From assembly GCF_000315625.1 (NCBI RefSeq), contig NW_005434663.1:711882-775881 (forward strand): 64,000 bases of DNA, given 5' to 3'. A model generated the notes under the pieces. The model did no database searches, was not told the origin of the DNA, and saw only the letters and a list, made by a program, of their open reading frames with translations. This stretch comes from Guillardia theta CCMP2712 (Eukaryota > Protista > Cryptophyta). Of this stretch, positions 12,001 through 24,041 are shown piece by piece. Numbering within the stretch: the stretch's first letter is position 1; each line of letters begins with the position of its first letter. Position numbers and translations under genes: made by a program.

Positions 12001-12913
12001 CCTTTCCCCTCACTTTCCTGCTCCCTTCTCCCACCCTTTCCTCCTCCCTCCTCCGCCTTCACTTCTCATTCCGTCACATCCGTCCTCCCTTCTGCTCTTT
12101 CCCTCCATTCAGCTTCTACAGCTCAAGCACTGCTCTTCTCCCCCCTGCTCTTCTCCCCCCTCCCTCCCCACCCTCTCTCGCTCCCACGTCTCACACGTTT
12201 GCTTCAGCGTCAAGATCATGTTGAACGGGGAGGAGATCGATAGGCTGAGCACAGGTGACTTTGACGATCTCCCTCTCCCCCTCTTGTCCTCTCATCCTTG
12301 CCTCTCTTTCCCTCCCTTCCTCCCTTCTTTCCCCTCCTCACCCTCGAGCTCTTGCAGGCGACTTCTTCGGGGAGGTGGCGCTCATGCTATCAAAGAAAAG
12401 GATCGCCGACGTCATCTCCCTGGGCAGCAGCAGGGAAGTCAAGGTCAAGAAAACCCTCTCCTTCCCCGAGCCCAACTCCACCTCGAGCATGCAGCATGGC
12501 AGCATCAAGGGAACACGGTCCTCCTCCACCGACTGCAGCTTGACATGGGGAGAGGAGAGGAAGGGGGTGAAGTCACTAGAGCGGGAGGTTGAGGAGCGAA
12601 AGCCAGTGGAGCTCTTTCAGCTCATGCGGACGGACTTTGAGAGCATCGTGTCCAAGTTTCCGATGCTCAAGGCGAGGCTGGCGAGCATCGGAAGGGTAAG
12701 GGAGAGAGATGGAGGGGGAAGGCCGAGAGGGGAGGGAGGGGGAAGGGAGGGGGGAAGGGAGGGGGAAGGGAGGGGGAAGGGAGGGAAGGGAGGGAGGGCG
12801 GAGTACGTGGACGAGGCAACGGGAACGAGGAGTTGACTTGGAGTTGATTTGGTTCGCAGGCTCGTGTAAGAAGGAAGGACAGCTTCGTGAACAACAATGC
12901 CAGCGACGAATGA
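9018..12913 (+). CDS. CaMK-group Ser/Thr kinase flanked by two cyclic-nucleotide-binding domains
   Basis: N-terminal cNMP domain (FKAGQQILKQGSIG...GRVKV...GSMFGEIS...RTCSI). Kinase motifs IGDGAFSTV, YAVK, HRDIKPENLL, DFG, TACGTPEYMAPE, DMWSLG, FPSPYWDCVSDKAKDFI (CaMK1-like). C-terminal cNMP domain (PGEFLIRCGDVGDCMYFVNSGSV...GDFFGEVAL...RIADV). Stop TGA 12911-12913; start approximate. Confidence 0.9.
10682..10766 (+). repeat. (CCT)n microsatellite in kinase intron
   Basis: Uninterrupted CCT run inside the intron following HRDIK; a (GAG)n run occupies another intron at ~11696-11785. Confidence 0.95.
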
Positions 12914-13334
12914 AGGAGAGGAGGATGAAGGAGGAGAGGAGGAGAGAAGGAGAGAGCTGTACACTAGAACATCGTGCCTTTAAGTTAGCGGGAGGATGAA
13001 TCGTTTCTGAGCGAGTACATCATGAGAAGACCGCCATATGTTGCTGAAGGGGTCAGGGGAAGGGACGGGGGGCGGGAAAGGAGTGAGAGAGAATGAGAAG
13101 AGGAGAGGAGGAAGGGACAGCATGAAGCGTCATAGGAGGGAGACGGGAAGGGGAAGATGGAGACGACCAACGATGAGGTGAAGGTTGAGAAAAGGGAATG
13201 AAGGGGAGAAGATATCGATGAGAAAGAGGAGGAAGAAGAAAAGGTGGAAGAGGAAGAGACAATCAGGAGGAGCAGGAGCAGGAGGAAAGGGGGAGGGGGA
13301 GGGCGGCGTGAGGAGAAGGACCACGAAGGAGATT

Positions 13335-15545
13335 TTAATCCGACATGTCGTCGAGGATACGAGCTTCCCCCGACCCCTTCCTGTTGCTCCCGAACGTCAA
13401 CCTGTTGGACTGCTTTGCGATCCTCGTCCCGAACTGGATCGCTCGCTTCACCTCCTGCGCTCCCCTCCTCAGCCCCACGCGCTCCGCCACCAGCCGCAGC
13501 AGCAGCTTGTCCCCGATCCCAGGAGGGAGGCTCATGTCGGCGATCGCGGAGAGGGGAAGGGAGGACAGGAACGACACGACCTCCTCATCGAGGAAGGGAA
13601 ACCTAGCTTCCCTCCCATGGTACGAGATGCACCGATCGTCTCTCCCCAGGTTCCTCTGCCAGATCCGCTCCATGTCCCTGCCCATCTCCTGCAGGACTCC
13701 CTCCTCTCCTCCCCTCTTCATCTTCGCCCTGTACCTCGAGTACCCACACAGCTGCTCGTCCGCTCCCATCCCCAGCAGCAGCACGCTGCTCCTGCTCACG
13801 AAGGGCCTCCCCTCCCCCAGCACCCGCGCGATGGGCAACGAGCGTCTGCCCCGCACCCACTGACGAGGATCGGAGGAGGTGCCAGCAACAAACTCCGCCT
13901 CCTTCCCGCCATGGCCCTGGGATGCCGTAGCGTCCTGCTGGAGCAGAGGCTTCAGCCTGCCCAGCCATGGTCGCACCCTTCCTTCCCCGATCAGCCAGGA
14001 GGGACGCCGTCTCCTGATCTCCTCCAGCACCCGCTTCACCCCCAGCTCAGGGTGAGCTGAAAGAATCTCTTGCACGACCTCTCCGATCTCTGACCTCTGC
14101 GGTTTGTAGCTGCCTTCGGCACTCGCTTCCACTGCGGCACCCTCCCGTCCTGCCTCCCCTACTTCCCCCTCCGTCGCCTTCTCCACCAGCCTCTCTCGTC
14201 CCCCTTCCCCTGTCGTCTCTTCCTCTTCCTCTGCCTCCTTCCCCTCCTGCTCCTCCCTGCCTCGCTCCTCGCGCGCTCCGCTTGCCCTCAACGCTTGCAG
14301 GCGCGTCGACAGGTCCTCCTGCACGCGGACAGAGAGCTCCTCTCCTGCATCTTCCTTGGGATCGTCCAGCACAACCCCAGCAGCCCTCGAGCCGAACCAG
14401 AGAGCCGAGCCGATGTTGAAGTCCATCTGGGTGGCCCGCGGGAAGATCAAGCTGAGAATCTCTTCTCTCCTCTCCTCCACCTCCTCCTGCGTCACATCCA
14501 CAACAACCAAGTTCCACCTCCTCCCCGGGAAGAGCTCCCGCAGCTCCCGCAGTGACTCGACGCCCGTGTAGCGGTCAGGAGCCTCGAAGGGGTCGAAGGA
14601 GACGTTGATGAGGTCGATGGCCATGCTCGGATCGACGTGACGATGCGCAAGGGCGGCAAGGAGCGTTGAGTCGAGCCCACCGGAGAACATCACGGCTACA
14701 GGGGAGCCGTCCTCCATGCCCGATCCCGCCAGCCGCCTCACTCCCTCCACTCTGCGCCTGACGCTGCGGTCAAGGAGGAGGAAGAGAGCCTGGGCTGCTT
14801 CCTCCATGCTCATGGTTGGTGACGTTGCGCTGATGTAGCAGGAGCGATGGAGGGGAGGCACTCGCGGTGGCCACTGGGTCTTGTGAAGCTCGAATCTCTC
14901 CTGCTCCCCCCCCTCATCGTGCAGCTGGAGGAAGAAGATCCCGTCCGGCGTCACCTCCTCCCACCCCTTCTCCTGTATGTTCCCTGCGCAGGAGGACAGT
15001 TGGTAACCGCCCCCGTCGATCCTCCGCATCAAGAGGCTCCTCCTCCCCAGTCGGTCTCGTCCGAACCATAGCCTCTTGGCCCTCTCCTCCCAGAAGATGA
15101 AGGCAAAGGGCCCCTCGATCCGAGAGACCGCCTGCAGGAAGTGCTCTCCTCCTCCCCCCCCGGCAGCACACGCCCTCGAGAATTGGTCGAGCACCACTGG
15201 GGTGTCGCTGGTATGCTCCTTCACCTCCATACCTCCAAACACCTCGCCGTTCCAGCACAGCACGTCTCCTCCTATCTGACCTGCTGGCTGCTCACACATC
15301 TCCCTGCCTCTCAAGTGAAGGACGGCAGCGAGCAGCGTAATCCTCCCTCCTCTCAGTTCGCGCGAACCCCAGCCATCCGGTCCTCTCCTCCGTAGGGATT
15401 CTCTGGTCTTCGCACTCAGCAGGTGGTCTCCTTGAGATGTGCAGCAACAAACTCCTCCTCCTCCTCCTCCTCCTCCTCCTCCTCCTCCTCCTCCTCCTCC
15501 TCCTCCTCCTCCATGAATGATGGCCACACACCCGATGCCGCACAT
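13335..15545 (-). CDS. ASNSD1: Asparagine synthetase domain-containing protein 1 (ASNSD1/YML096W-like), single exon
   Basis: Ntn start MCGI (ATG at 15545), RRRGPD, VLHLRG, LCWNGEVFGG, FGRDRLGRRSLL, VAVMFSGGLDS, IDLINVSF..APDR, LLGMGADEQLCGYSRY, RIWQRNLGRDDR, RFPFLDE, GDKLLLR, KRAIQFGTR. Confidence 0.93.
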   Translation of the reverse strand: MCGIGCVAIIHGGGGGGGGGGGGGGGGGGGGVCCCTSQGDHLLSAKTRESLRRRGPDGWGSRELRGGRITLLAAVLHLRGREMCEQPAGQIGGDVLCWNGEVFGGMEVKEHTSDTPVVLDQFSRACAAGGGGGEHFLQAVSRIEGPFAFIFWEERAKRLWFGRDRLGRRSLLMRRIDGGGYQLSSCAGNIQEKGWEEVTPDGIFFLQLHDEGGEQERFELHKTQWPPRVPPLHRSCYISATSPTMSMEEAAQALFLLLDRSVRRRVEGVRRLAGSGMEDGSPVAVMFSGGLDSTLLAALAHRHVDPSMAIDLINVSFDPFEAPDRYTGVESLRELRELFPGRRWNLVVVDVTQEEVEERREEILSLIFPRATQMDFNIGSALWFGSRAAGVVLDDPKEDAGEELSVRVQEDLSTRLQALRASGAREERGREEQEGKEAEEEEETTGEGGRERLVEKATEGEVGEAGREGAAVEASAEGSYKPQRSEIGEVVQEILSAHPELGVKRVLEEIRRRRPSWLIGEGRVRPWLGRLKPLLQQDATASQGHGGKEAEFVAGTSSDPRQWVRGRRSLPIARVLGEGRPFVSRSSVLLLGMGADEQLCGYSRYRAKMKRGGEEGVLQEMGRDMERIWQRNLGRDDRCISYHGREARFPFLDEEVVSFLSSLPLSAIADMSLPPGIGDKLLLRLVAERVGLRRGAQEVKRAIQFGTRIAKQSNRLTFGSNRKGSGEARILDDMSD

Positions 15546-15649
15546 GCCGGCGGGTCGCTGTCCTTGGGGTCTAGAGTAATCTCTGCTACACTTATACTGA
15601 TGTCTTGTACTTATTCTATGCACCATGACTGAGGCGGGTCTACTAATCT

Positions 15650-16145
15650 ATACTGGCCCGTCCTCCGAGGCTCGGAGCCCGCGTTGGCAGCCTGGATGAA
15701 GAATGGTTCCGAGGCTGTCCGGCCGGGCGGGGTCAAGCCCGCGGCGCCCTCCAGGCGGCTCGAGTCTACTCTCAGGGCGGCCTGACTTCCGGTATGCGTT
15801 ATGCGTCTCATTCCTTCGGCGGCGGCCGCAGCGACATCGCTGGCATCATCATGGCATGGCGCGTACAGCATTGGCAAGTTGGGTTTGGTTCTCGCTGTCT
15901 TTTCTCTTCTCGCCGTTTGGCCTGTGCGACAGTGTCAGAGTCAAGCCTCCTCGTCTCTCCTGAAGTTGGGCCCTGAATTCGGAAGTTCTCAGTACTCGCC
16001 GGTATCCGGCGGGCCGGGCCGCAGTTACGGCGGCGGCAGTCAAGCCGCCGGGTCACTCGGGGTAGCCTGGCCCCGGCCGCGCTACTACCGGGGCCGGGCG
16101 GCCGGCCCGGGCTTCCGAGTTACTCTTGAAGCGGCTACCGGAGTA
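15650..16145. other. GC-rich CCGG/GGCC palindrome-rich intergenic island between divergent genes
   Basis: GGCCGGGCGG, GCGGCCGC, CCCGGG and GAGTC words; lies between the ASNSD1 start (minus) and the large gene start (plus). Confidence 0.45.
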
Positions 16146-16227
16146 CCATTCTTGACTATTTCCATTCTTGATGATTCACGACTGTAGTCAAATATTTGAT
16201 GCGTTTGAAAGGAGTTGGGCATGGCGG

Positions 16228-17871
16228 ATGATTGGGCCGTCTTCCTCCTCCTCCTCCTCCGCTCCTCCTCCTCCCTCTCCTCTCGCAGTCGCTCGTTCTT
16301 CTTCTGCTCATCCTCTACTGTCTAGGGTCCTGTCCTCTTCATCCCCTGCTCCTCCTCCTCCAGCTACATTCTCAGCGCAATCTCCCAACTCTGCAAGGCG
16401 CGCCGTTCGCCAAGCCGACCATGGGTCGTCTCCTGCTCACTCAGGAAGCCAGACGCCCAAGTCTCTGCTTGCCACACCCTCACCTCGACGAGCTTCGTCT
16501 CCTGCACTTCACTACCGCTCTCGCCCCCTTTCAGCACAACATCCTCCAAACCGAATCCGCCCTGCTTCTGCACTGTTGGTGCAGCGGGATGACTCACCCG
16601 TGAGCGGAGGGAGGAGCCGAGACGATCTGTTCTCTCCTCAATCATCCTCCGCCTCTCTCGTCAGCCTTCCTCTCTCCGGCTCACAGCTCGTCCGCGACTC
16701 CTCGCCATTTTTACCCACGCGGGATTCACGGAATGGCAGCGAAACTCGTGGCAACGGAAAGGTAAGAGCGTGCACAACCTGATCCAATGATCCTTCGTCT
16801 CACCACCCTCCCGCACACAGGCGATGGTACGGAAAGCAGCGTCTAGCTCTCTGCTGCGTCCTAGCAGGTTGAAAGAGCCTAAGTCGGGCCCACTGGGCGG
16901 GTCTAAGAGGAGCAACCTCTATGCAAGCTCGAGCTCAGTCATCCCGGTCTCTGACTCGAGGCGGAAGCTCGCTGCTAGCCGAGGAAGCTCGACGTATCGG
17001 TCGCAGGAGGAGGAAGAGGATACGGAGCGAAGACATCACCAGAGGCAGGACAAGAACCTTGAGTACCTCCTCAAGTCTGCCGACGGCCTCTACCCCCGCC
17101 GCTCCTGCTGGGAGGGCCTGAGCTCCAAGTTCTTCCGGGAGGACGCCATGTCGCTCCTCAACCCTGACGTCATCTACGGGATGTGGAGCTGCTGCCGCAA
17201 GTCGAAGTTCGCGAGCGTGGGGTGCGAGACGTCGAGTCATGTGGAGGACGGGGAGATGGCCCGCTGCTCGCTGTGCGACAGCATCTTCAACGTCCGGCTG
17301 TACCGCTCGATTCCGAGGAGCTCGATCTACAACCGACACTCCGTTGACAAGGCCTGTGCGCGACATGCTGGGGAGCTGGTGGCCAAGGGCGTCTCGAGCT
17401 ACTACTGGACATGCTGCAACGGGTCCGAGGGAGCGCTCGGTTGCTCCAGGGGGAGACATGAGGCAGCAAAGCTCGAGAGCCTGGTGGAGTATGTGAGAGG
17501 TGAGACGGGACGGGACGGGGAGGAAGGAAGGGCAGAGTGGGGATGAAGAGGGAGAGGGGGGGATGAAGTGGGAGAGGGGGGAAGGGAGGAAGAGGGAGAG
17601 GGGGGATGAAGAGGGAGAGTCACAGAGGAAGGGAGAAGGGGCAAGGAGAGACGAGAGCATTGGAGCGAATCAGCAGAGAGGGAGAGGGAGAGAGAGAGTA
17701 GAAGAGAAGTCAAGGAATCTGACTTTGATCTTTTTAAGATCACAATGTCGAGGTGGACGACGAGGAGGTTCGCAAACAGAATTTGGTCTTTTGCATCCGA
17801 TGCCTCAGGTTCGTTGATCGCAGGAAATTTCACGGTGAGTCGCTTGCGACAAAGATGAGGGGAGGAGGAGG

Positions 17872-17925
<54 letters not shown>

Positions 17926-20900
17926 AGCAGGAGGAGGAGCAGGAGGAGCAGGAGGAGCAGGAGGAGGAGGAGGAGGAGGAATGGGGAGGAGGAGGATTTG
18001 GTTGACTCGTTATGGGGGCAGATGCTGCCTGTAAATTTCATACCGGAAAGTACCTGGAGGGTCAGGCTGTTCGTCCTCGTATGCTTCTTCCGCTGGCACC
18101 TGGGGACATTTCGCTTCAAGCCACCTTCCAAAAGCTGATTGTAATTGCTACGATCTGATGTTTTCCATCATTGACATAGCCCTTGTCACTGTTTGTAAAG
18201 TCCTTGTTGTGAAAGACGAACAGTAATCATAACGATGATGATGACGATGATGATGATGATGATGATGACGATGTCGATGACGATGATGATGACGACAATG
18301 ATGATGACAACGATGATGACGGTGACAACGATGATGACAACGATGATGATGATGATGATGAAAGTTGGTCAGTTTCATCGACTGGTGTAGAGTGACTCTC
18401 CTATCAGATTCACTTCAAAGCTCCTGAGCTCGGCGGGGAGTCAGGGTGTACAAATCCTCACCTGATGGCCATTGAAGGTCGAACTCCACTAGCCTGTGGC
18501 TATGCGCTCATCACCCACTTCGAGGTAAACAAGAGCTCCAGTCATCCTCCCTCTCAGCTTTCCTCCTTCGCTTTGCTCCTCTTCCTCTTCCCTCCTCGTT
18601 CTCTTTCCTCCTCCTCCACTTCCCTTCTCGTTGCGCTCCTGTCCCTCCATCTGAACCTCCTCCCCTCCTCCTTCTCAACCACATTCTCTCTCGCGTCTTC
18701 CTCCTCTCTCGCCTCTTCTCTGATCACCTTTTCAGGTCCTCATCGACAGAGGAGCAGGCGGCAAGTTGCGGTTCGAGCGATCGGAGGAGGTTCTCAGCAA
18801 GAGCGCGAAGATCTGCGGGGTCTACAGGAGCGACATGTGCAAGTCCATGCACATCCCAGCTGAGCCGAGGGAGCACCTCTCCCACCTCAGCCTCGAAGCT
18901 GAGCAGCAGCTGGAGAAGAATGGCAGGGACGTTTTCCACTGCGTTCAGATCATCTCCTGCACAACACAGAAGAACGCAGGGAGGCCCTTCCCGGGATGGA
19001 AGGGGGACCACAGCGAGGAGGTCTTCTTCCGTATCCCTGAGGTGAACACTCCTCGTCCTCCCCGTCCTCCCCGTCCTCCTCGTCCTTGTCCTTCTCCCCC
19101 TCCTCGTCCTCCCCATCCTCGTCCTCCTCCCCATCTCGTCTCCTCCTCGTCTCCTCGTCTCAGTTCTGCTCCTCCTGATTGCCTGTTCTCTTCATCCCTC
19201 TTCTTTTCCTAATCTCCTCGTCGTCTTCCTCCTCCTCCTTCGTCTCCCTCCTGTAAACTTTCCTATCAGATCGGGAGGCCGGAGGTGGAAGTTAGGGATC
19301 ATTTTGAAGTCTACCGCGCTGTCATACTCAAGTGGAGGATCCCTCCTTGCACGCAAGACGCAGGCGTGCGATGCTTCAAGGTGCGGTGGCGCTTCATCCT
19401 CAACTACTGGGGAGAGGAGGAGGAGGACGCGGAGGGAGAGGAGGAGAAGGAGAGGAGGAGGAAGATGGAGGAGGAGGGAGAGCTTATCCTGGGAGACTCG
19501 ACCTCCCCCATAGCTAGTGGAGGATGGAATGAGGTGATAGTGAGCGGGTCTTCCCGCAGTTGCAGCCTGTTTGACCTCCGCCCTGGCTGCCTTTACGAGT
19601 TCTATGTAGTTGCCTGCGGGATCGTGCCCGAGGAGGAGGAGGAGGAGGAGGAGGAGGAGGAGGAGGAGAGGGAGGAGGAGGAGAAGTTCAAGGCCAAGGA
19701 GGAGAAGAGTGCCCAAGGAGTAGGGGACAGACGGTCGCAGCTTCTGCAGGGGGGATCGTTCAAGTTCAAGCAGACGAATCGGGCAGCAGGGAGCTTTTCG
19801 AATCTGATCGACATGTCCACCACGAAGAAAGAGGAGGGCAAGGGTGCAAGCAAGCAGCAGGAGAGCGGCAGTTCGTACACTCTAGAGCTCCTCCTCCCCT
19901 GCTACGGTCAACACGAGATGGCCTCTGAGCGCGTCAGGATGGTCACCATGCGCCGACCCGCCACCTGCTCCGACCCCTGCGTTCACTTTGTGTGCTCCTG
20001 CAACCTCGACCTCCCCTTCCGCCTCCGTTGTGACCTGGGGATGGAGGAGAACATGGAGATCTACTGCAGCAACTCGCTGGCCCTGTGCTGGAGGAAGCCT
20101 CGAGACTTCGGGGAGGTCAAGGTCAGCGGCTTCAAGGTGGTGGAGGATGGAGGGCGGAGCTTCTGGATCTCGGAGGAGCACTCGACAGAGCTAGCGGGCA
20201 TCCTGCTCAGGTCCGGCAGGATCCCAGCTAGCCTGATAGAGGAGGAACGGGTCCGCTCTTTTCTCCTCCCCGTCCTGCCCGCCACGAGGTACAGAATCCG
20301 AGTGCTTGCTACCACCAGGAACCCTGTGGCGGCCGAGGGAGACGATGCTCCTCCTCTCCTCTTCGTCTCTCCTGGGGTCCGGGCTCCTCGTCTCCAGCTG
20401 ATCTCCGCAAACTTCTCCGCCACTATCGGAAGTTCCTTCCTCCTGCAGTGGTTCCCCCCTGAAGAGCTGGGTACGCGCCCTCTCCTCGGCCGCGTGAGGG
20501 GCTACACGATCTGCTGGGAGGAGGAGGAGGAGGAGGACAAGGCAAGGAAGCGGACGAAGAGCATCTACCTGTCAACGGCTGAGGCGCACATGTTGGAGCG
20601 ATTGAATGTCGGGATTCACAAAGAGCGCTGCGAGAGCGAGGAGGAGGAGGAGGAGGAGGAGGAGGAGGAGCGGGGGGGTGAGGAGGAGGAACGAGAGCAA
20701 GCAGAGGAGGAGGAGACGCGAGGGGTTCGGAGAGACTCGGCCATGCAGCGCGTGCTACCGACGAGGACGGTGGAGGAGTTGGAGAAGGATGAGGAGGGGA
20801 CGCTGACGCACAGGAGCACGACTTTCTCCCCCTCCCAACATCCTCACTCGCGCCATGTCGTCGTTGGTCGAGCGCAGGTCCCTCCTCGCGGGAAGGAGAG

Positions 20901-23900
20901 GGACTTCCTTCTCCGCCTGCGGGACGCCTCCTCCTGCTTCGTCTGGCTCTCCGTCGACTGCGAGCACTGTGAACCCGAGCACGCGTACCTGCGGAGCGAG
21001 AGGCTGCAGGTGCAACTGCCGTTCCCTCCCGAACGCCCATGGCTGGAGAGCGAAACGATCCTGAACGAGGAGGCGAGGAGGACGATGAGGCTCTTCGCGC
21101 AGCTGTGCATGGCAAGCGAGCAACGGGAGGACCTGCTGCGAGAGATCAGTGAGTTCGACAGAAGGGCGATTGATCCTTCCCGCCTGTGGGTCAGGACGAG
21201 CGAGTGGAACCCGCTGCTGGAGCAGAGGACCAGGAAGACAAACTTCCGTCGCCTCCTGCAAACCGAGTCGGAGATCCACTCCCTCATGCAGCAGCATGCG
21301 CATGCCCGTACGCTCGCGTCCTTCTCCCTCCTCCTCCGCTGGGTGAAGCCCAAGGACTACGGGGAGGCAAAGATCTCGAGTTTCATCTTGCAGGTCGAGC
21401 GGAGGCCCTGGAAGAACGCTCCCTTCCGCACTCCAGCTCACATTCAGCTGGCCTCTGACGACATTGCCCAGCACGACGCAGGGCATCCGTACGAAGTGAG
21501 ACTCGACGGGCTGAAGTTCGGGGAGGACTTGTCCTTCAAACTCTTCTCCCTCGCCCTCCTCGGCTCCTCCTCCCGCATCATTCCCCTCCCCCACTCCTCC
21601 TCCGCCTCTGCCCTCTCCTGCATGAAGCTCAAGGAGAATGAGGTTCCCAGCTTGCAATCCAACGAGATCGACTTGTCCAGCCTGACACAGTCGGACGCGA
21701 TGAAGCCTTTCACCTTCGCCGTCAGTTTAGCCTGGTGGGTTCCTCCTATCTTTCTGCTATCGCCCTTCCTCTCCTATCGCCCTTCCTCCCTTATCGCCCT
21801 TCCTCTCCTATCCCCACTGCTCCGCTCCTATCCCCTCCTCTCCTGCCCTGCTCTCCTCCTCCCTTCCTCGCTCTTCCTCGCCCGTCTCACCTTGCTGGCA
21901 GGCACACACTAGACCTCAACTCTTTCAGCACCTCCCTGGTTGATCCCCCACCCTTCCGACCTCCTGCCTCCCAACCTCCGCCTTCTCGAGTCCCCTGGGT
22001 CCCAGCAGGATTTCAGCTGGGGGAGAGCACGGCCGACTTGCTGAGGGAGAAGCACGAAAGAGCTGAGAGTCTTGACCCGAGGAGCGCGATCTTTGCGGAG
22101 GGAGGAGGACTATCCCCGACTAGCAGGAGGAGGATCGCAGCGATGAAGAGCCACAAGGCGAAGCAGGTGGAGGAGGCGGCGGCAGCGGAGGGCCCGAAGG
22201 CGGCGACGAGGGAGCGGCTGCTGGCGCAGATGATGAGGAGGGCTCTGGAGAGGAGGAGCGACCCCGCGGAGCTGACGGAGTTCCGGCTGACGCTGGAGCA
22301 GGAAGCGCTGTGCCGCAACAATCTGTCCATGAACGCTCCCCCCGAGAGGAACGAGGAGATTCACGGCTGCACGCGCATCTCCAAGAGTTCCGCCAGCCTG
22401 CAAAGGAGCATGCTCATCGGGTCCAGGGCCGCAGCCATCGCAGGGCTGACCCCCGTGCAGGGAGAGCTCTCTTCCTCCTCCACTACTACCAACAACGCCG
22501 ACCCGGCTGCCCAGCATCCCGTCGCCCCCCCGGCCTCCTCCTCCTCCTCCTCCCCCATGACGCTCAAGTTCGACGACGGGGTCTGCAAGGTCGTCCTCTT
22601 CTGGGTGCCTTGGATGCGCCATTGCCAGAGGATCCTCTTCCTTCTCGGCGAACTCCTCCGAAGGCACCGCAACCATCGGGGAGCTGGGAAGTGCAGCTGG
22701 GAGCTCGTCACCGTCGCCCTCCCTCCTTCCCCCGAGCAGCTGCAGCTGTACCCAGACCTCAAGGCTCGAATAAAGGAGGCGATCGATCAGCTCGACTCGG
22801 CGCGGGCCGCCCGGCCCCAGCAGGAGGGCGAGCTGGACGAGGGGACGTCCCGTAAGCCTGCTGGCGGCAAGAGGGCGACAAAAGGGACAGGAGAGAAGCT
22901 GAGAACTCCGACCCCAGCTGATCCCGACCTGGTAGAGAGCCTGAGCAAGCTGTCGCGAGTGATGGAGCGGACGACAGGACGAGCCTCTTCCCTCCTCTCG
23001 GGCGTTCTCGGCATCCCTGCTAGCCTTTCCCAGCAGATCGCCGAGCTGGTCGTCCCTCACCCCTCGGTCTGCCGGCAGGAAATCTCCTCTCCTCTCCTCG
23101 AGTTCGTGGAGATCCGCGACGGCCTCTGCGTCCGCCGGCGCCTGCTGGACAAGGCGGGTGGCGAGAGCTCCGAGCGCTTCGGGCTGGCCTGTATGAACCC
23201 TCTGGAGATGATGACGACAACTGCTGGGGACGTGCTGGAGAGATTGAGGATGCGGAGGGGGGAGGAGTGGAGGCACTTCGAGCTGAGAGAGAAGATAACC
23301 CCCCTGAGGTACGAGCAGCTTCCCAGCTCCAAGAGCCGACGATTCCAGCTGCTGCAGGACCAGCACACGGCGCTGCAGGAGACGTACCGGATCTCGTCTG
23401 CTCCCACCATCCTCGTTGTCGACCCCGAGGGTGTGGTAAGCTGGAGGGGTACTGGAGGCTGGAAGGGGCTCGATGAGAAGGCGCTGGACACGGGGAAGGC
23501 AGCTGAAGATGCTTTCCTCCGCTTCATAGAGGAGAGAATCCGCATAGCCTGCGGTCACACGGAAGGAGGAGGAGGAGGAGGAGGAGGAGGAGGAGGAGGA
23601 GGAGGAGGAGGAGGAGGAGGAGTAGGGAGGAGCGGCCTGTCCTTGTACAAAAAGCAGCACGAGCGGGGCACGAGGATACAGCCCGGGGAGGAGGCGCACC
23701 CCGTGGCATGGCCGTGGGAGGCGATCGACCAGGACGAGGCTCGGCTGAGGCTCGAGGAGATGGACCGGCCGAGGAGGAGCATCGTGCAGGCGCGGCAGCA
23801 GATCTTCGACCGAGCAACCCGGTGAGAGCATTCCCAGCAGCAGGACCAGCTGCTTCCTCCTCCTCCTGCTGATTTCCCCCCAGCAACACCGCAAAGTTCT

Positions 23901-24041
23901 CGAAGCACGGGCGGGAGCTCGAGATGCAGGTGGGAGGATGGCCTGGCTACAGTGGAGCGGGGGATTGTGTTGAAGAGTGTGCAGGCGATGGCGTTTTCGT
24001 TCGAGCGATGGAAGCGGAGGGCGAAGAAGAGACGACGATGA
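16228..24041 (+). CDS. Very large multidomain protein: Ser/Pro-rich head, CHORD/Btk-like Cys-His zinc motifs, several FN3-like repeats, split TlpA/redoxin-like domain
   Basis: In-frame splicing links ORFs 16168, 16824, 17753, 18465, 18766, 19285 and 21735 and two short terminal exons (stop TGA 24039-24041). Zinc motifs: WSCC..GC..H, CSLC...CARHAG...YWTCC...GC...H, CIRC...CKFHTG. FN3-like: LKWRIPP, LRPGCLYEFYVVA, LCWRKPRDFG, LRWVKPKDYG. Redoxin-like: VVLFWVPWMRHC ... YRISSAPTILVVDPEGVV. Confidence 0.7.
17862..18360 (+). repeat. (GGAGCA)n/(GGA)n and degenerate (GAT/GAC)n microsatellites in introns of the large gene
   Basis: GGAGCA run at ~17862-17980 and GAT/GAC run at ~18233-18360. Confidence 0.9.

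Noticed and set aside
15611-16187. ORFs upstream of ASNSD1 as an ASDURF-like uORF or a small membrane protein
   Set aside because: No prefoldin-like coiled-coil character; the ORFs overlap a GC-rich island that generates open frames by composition.
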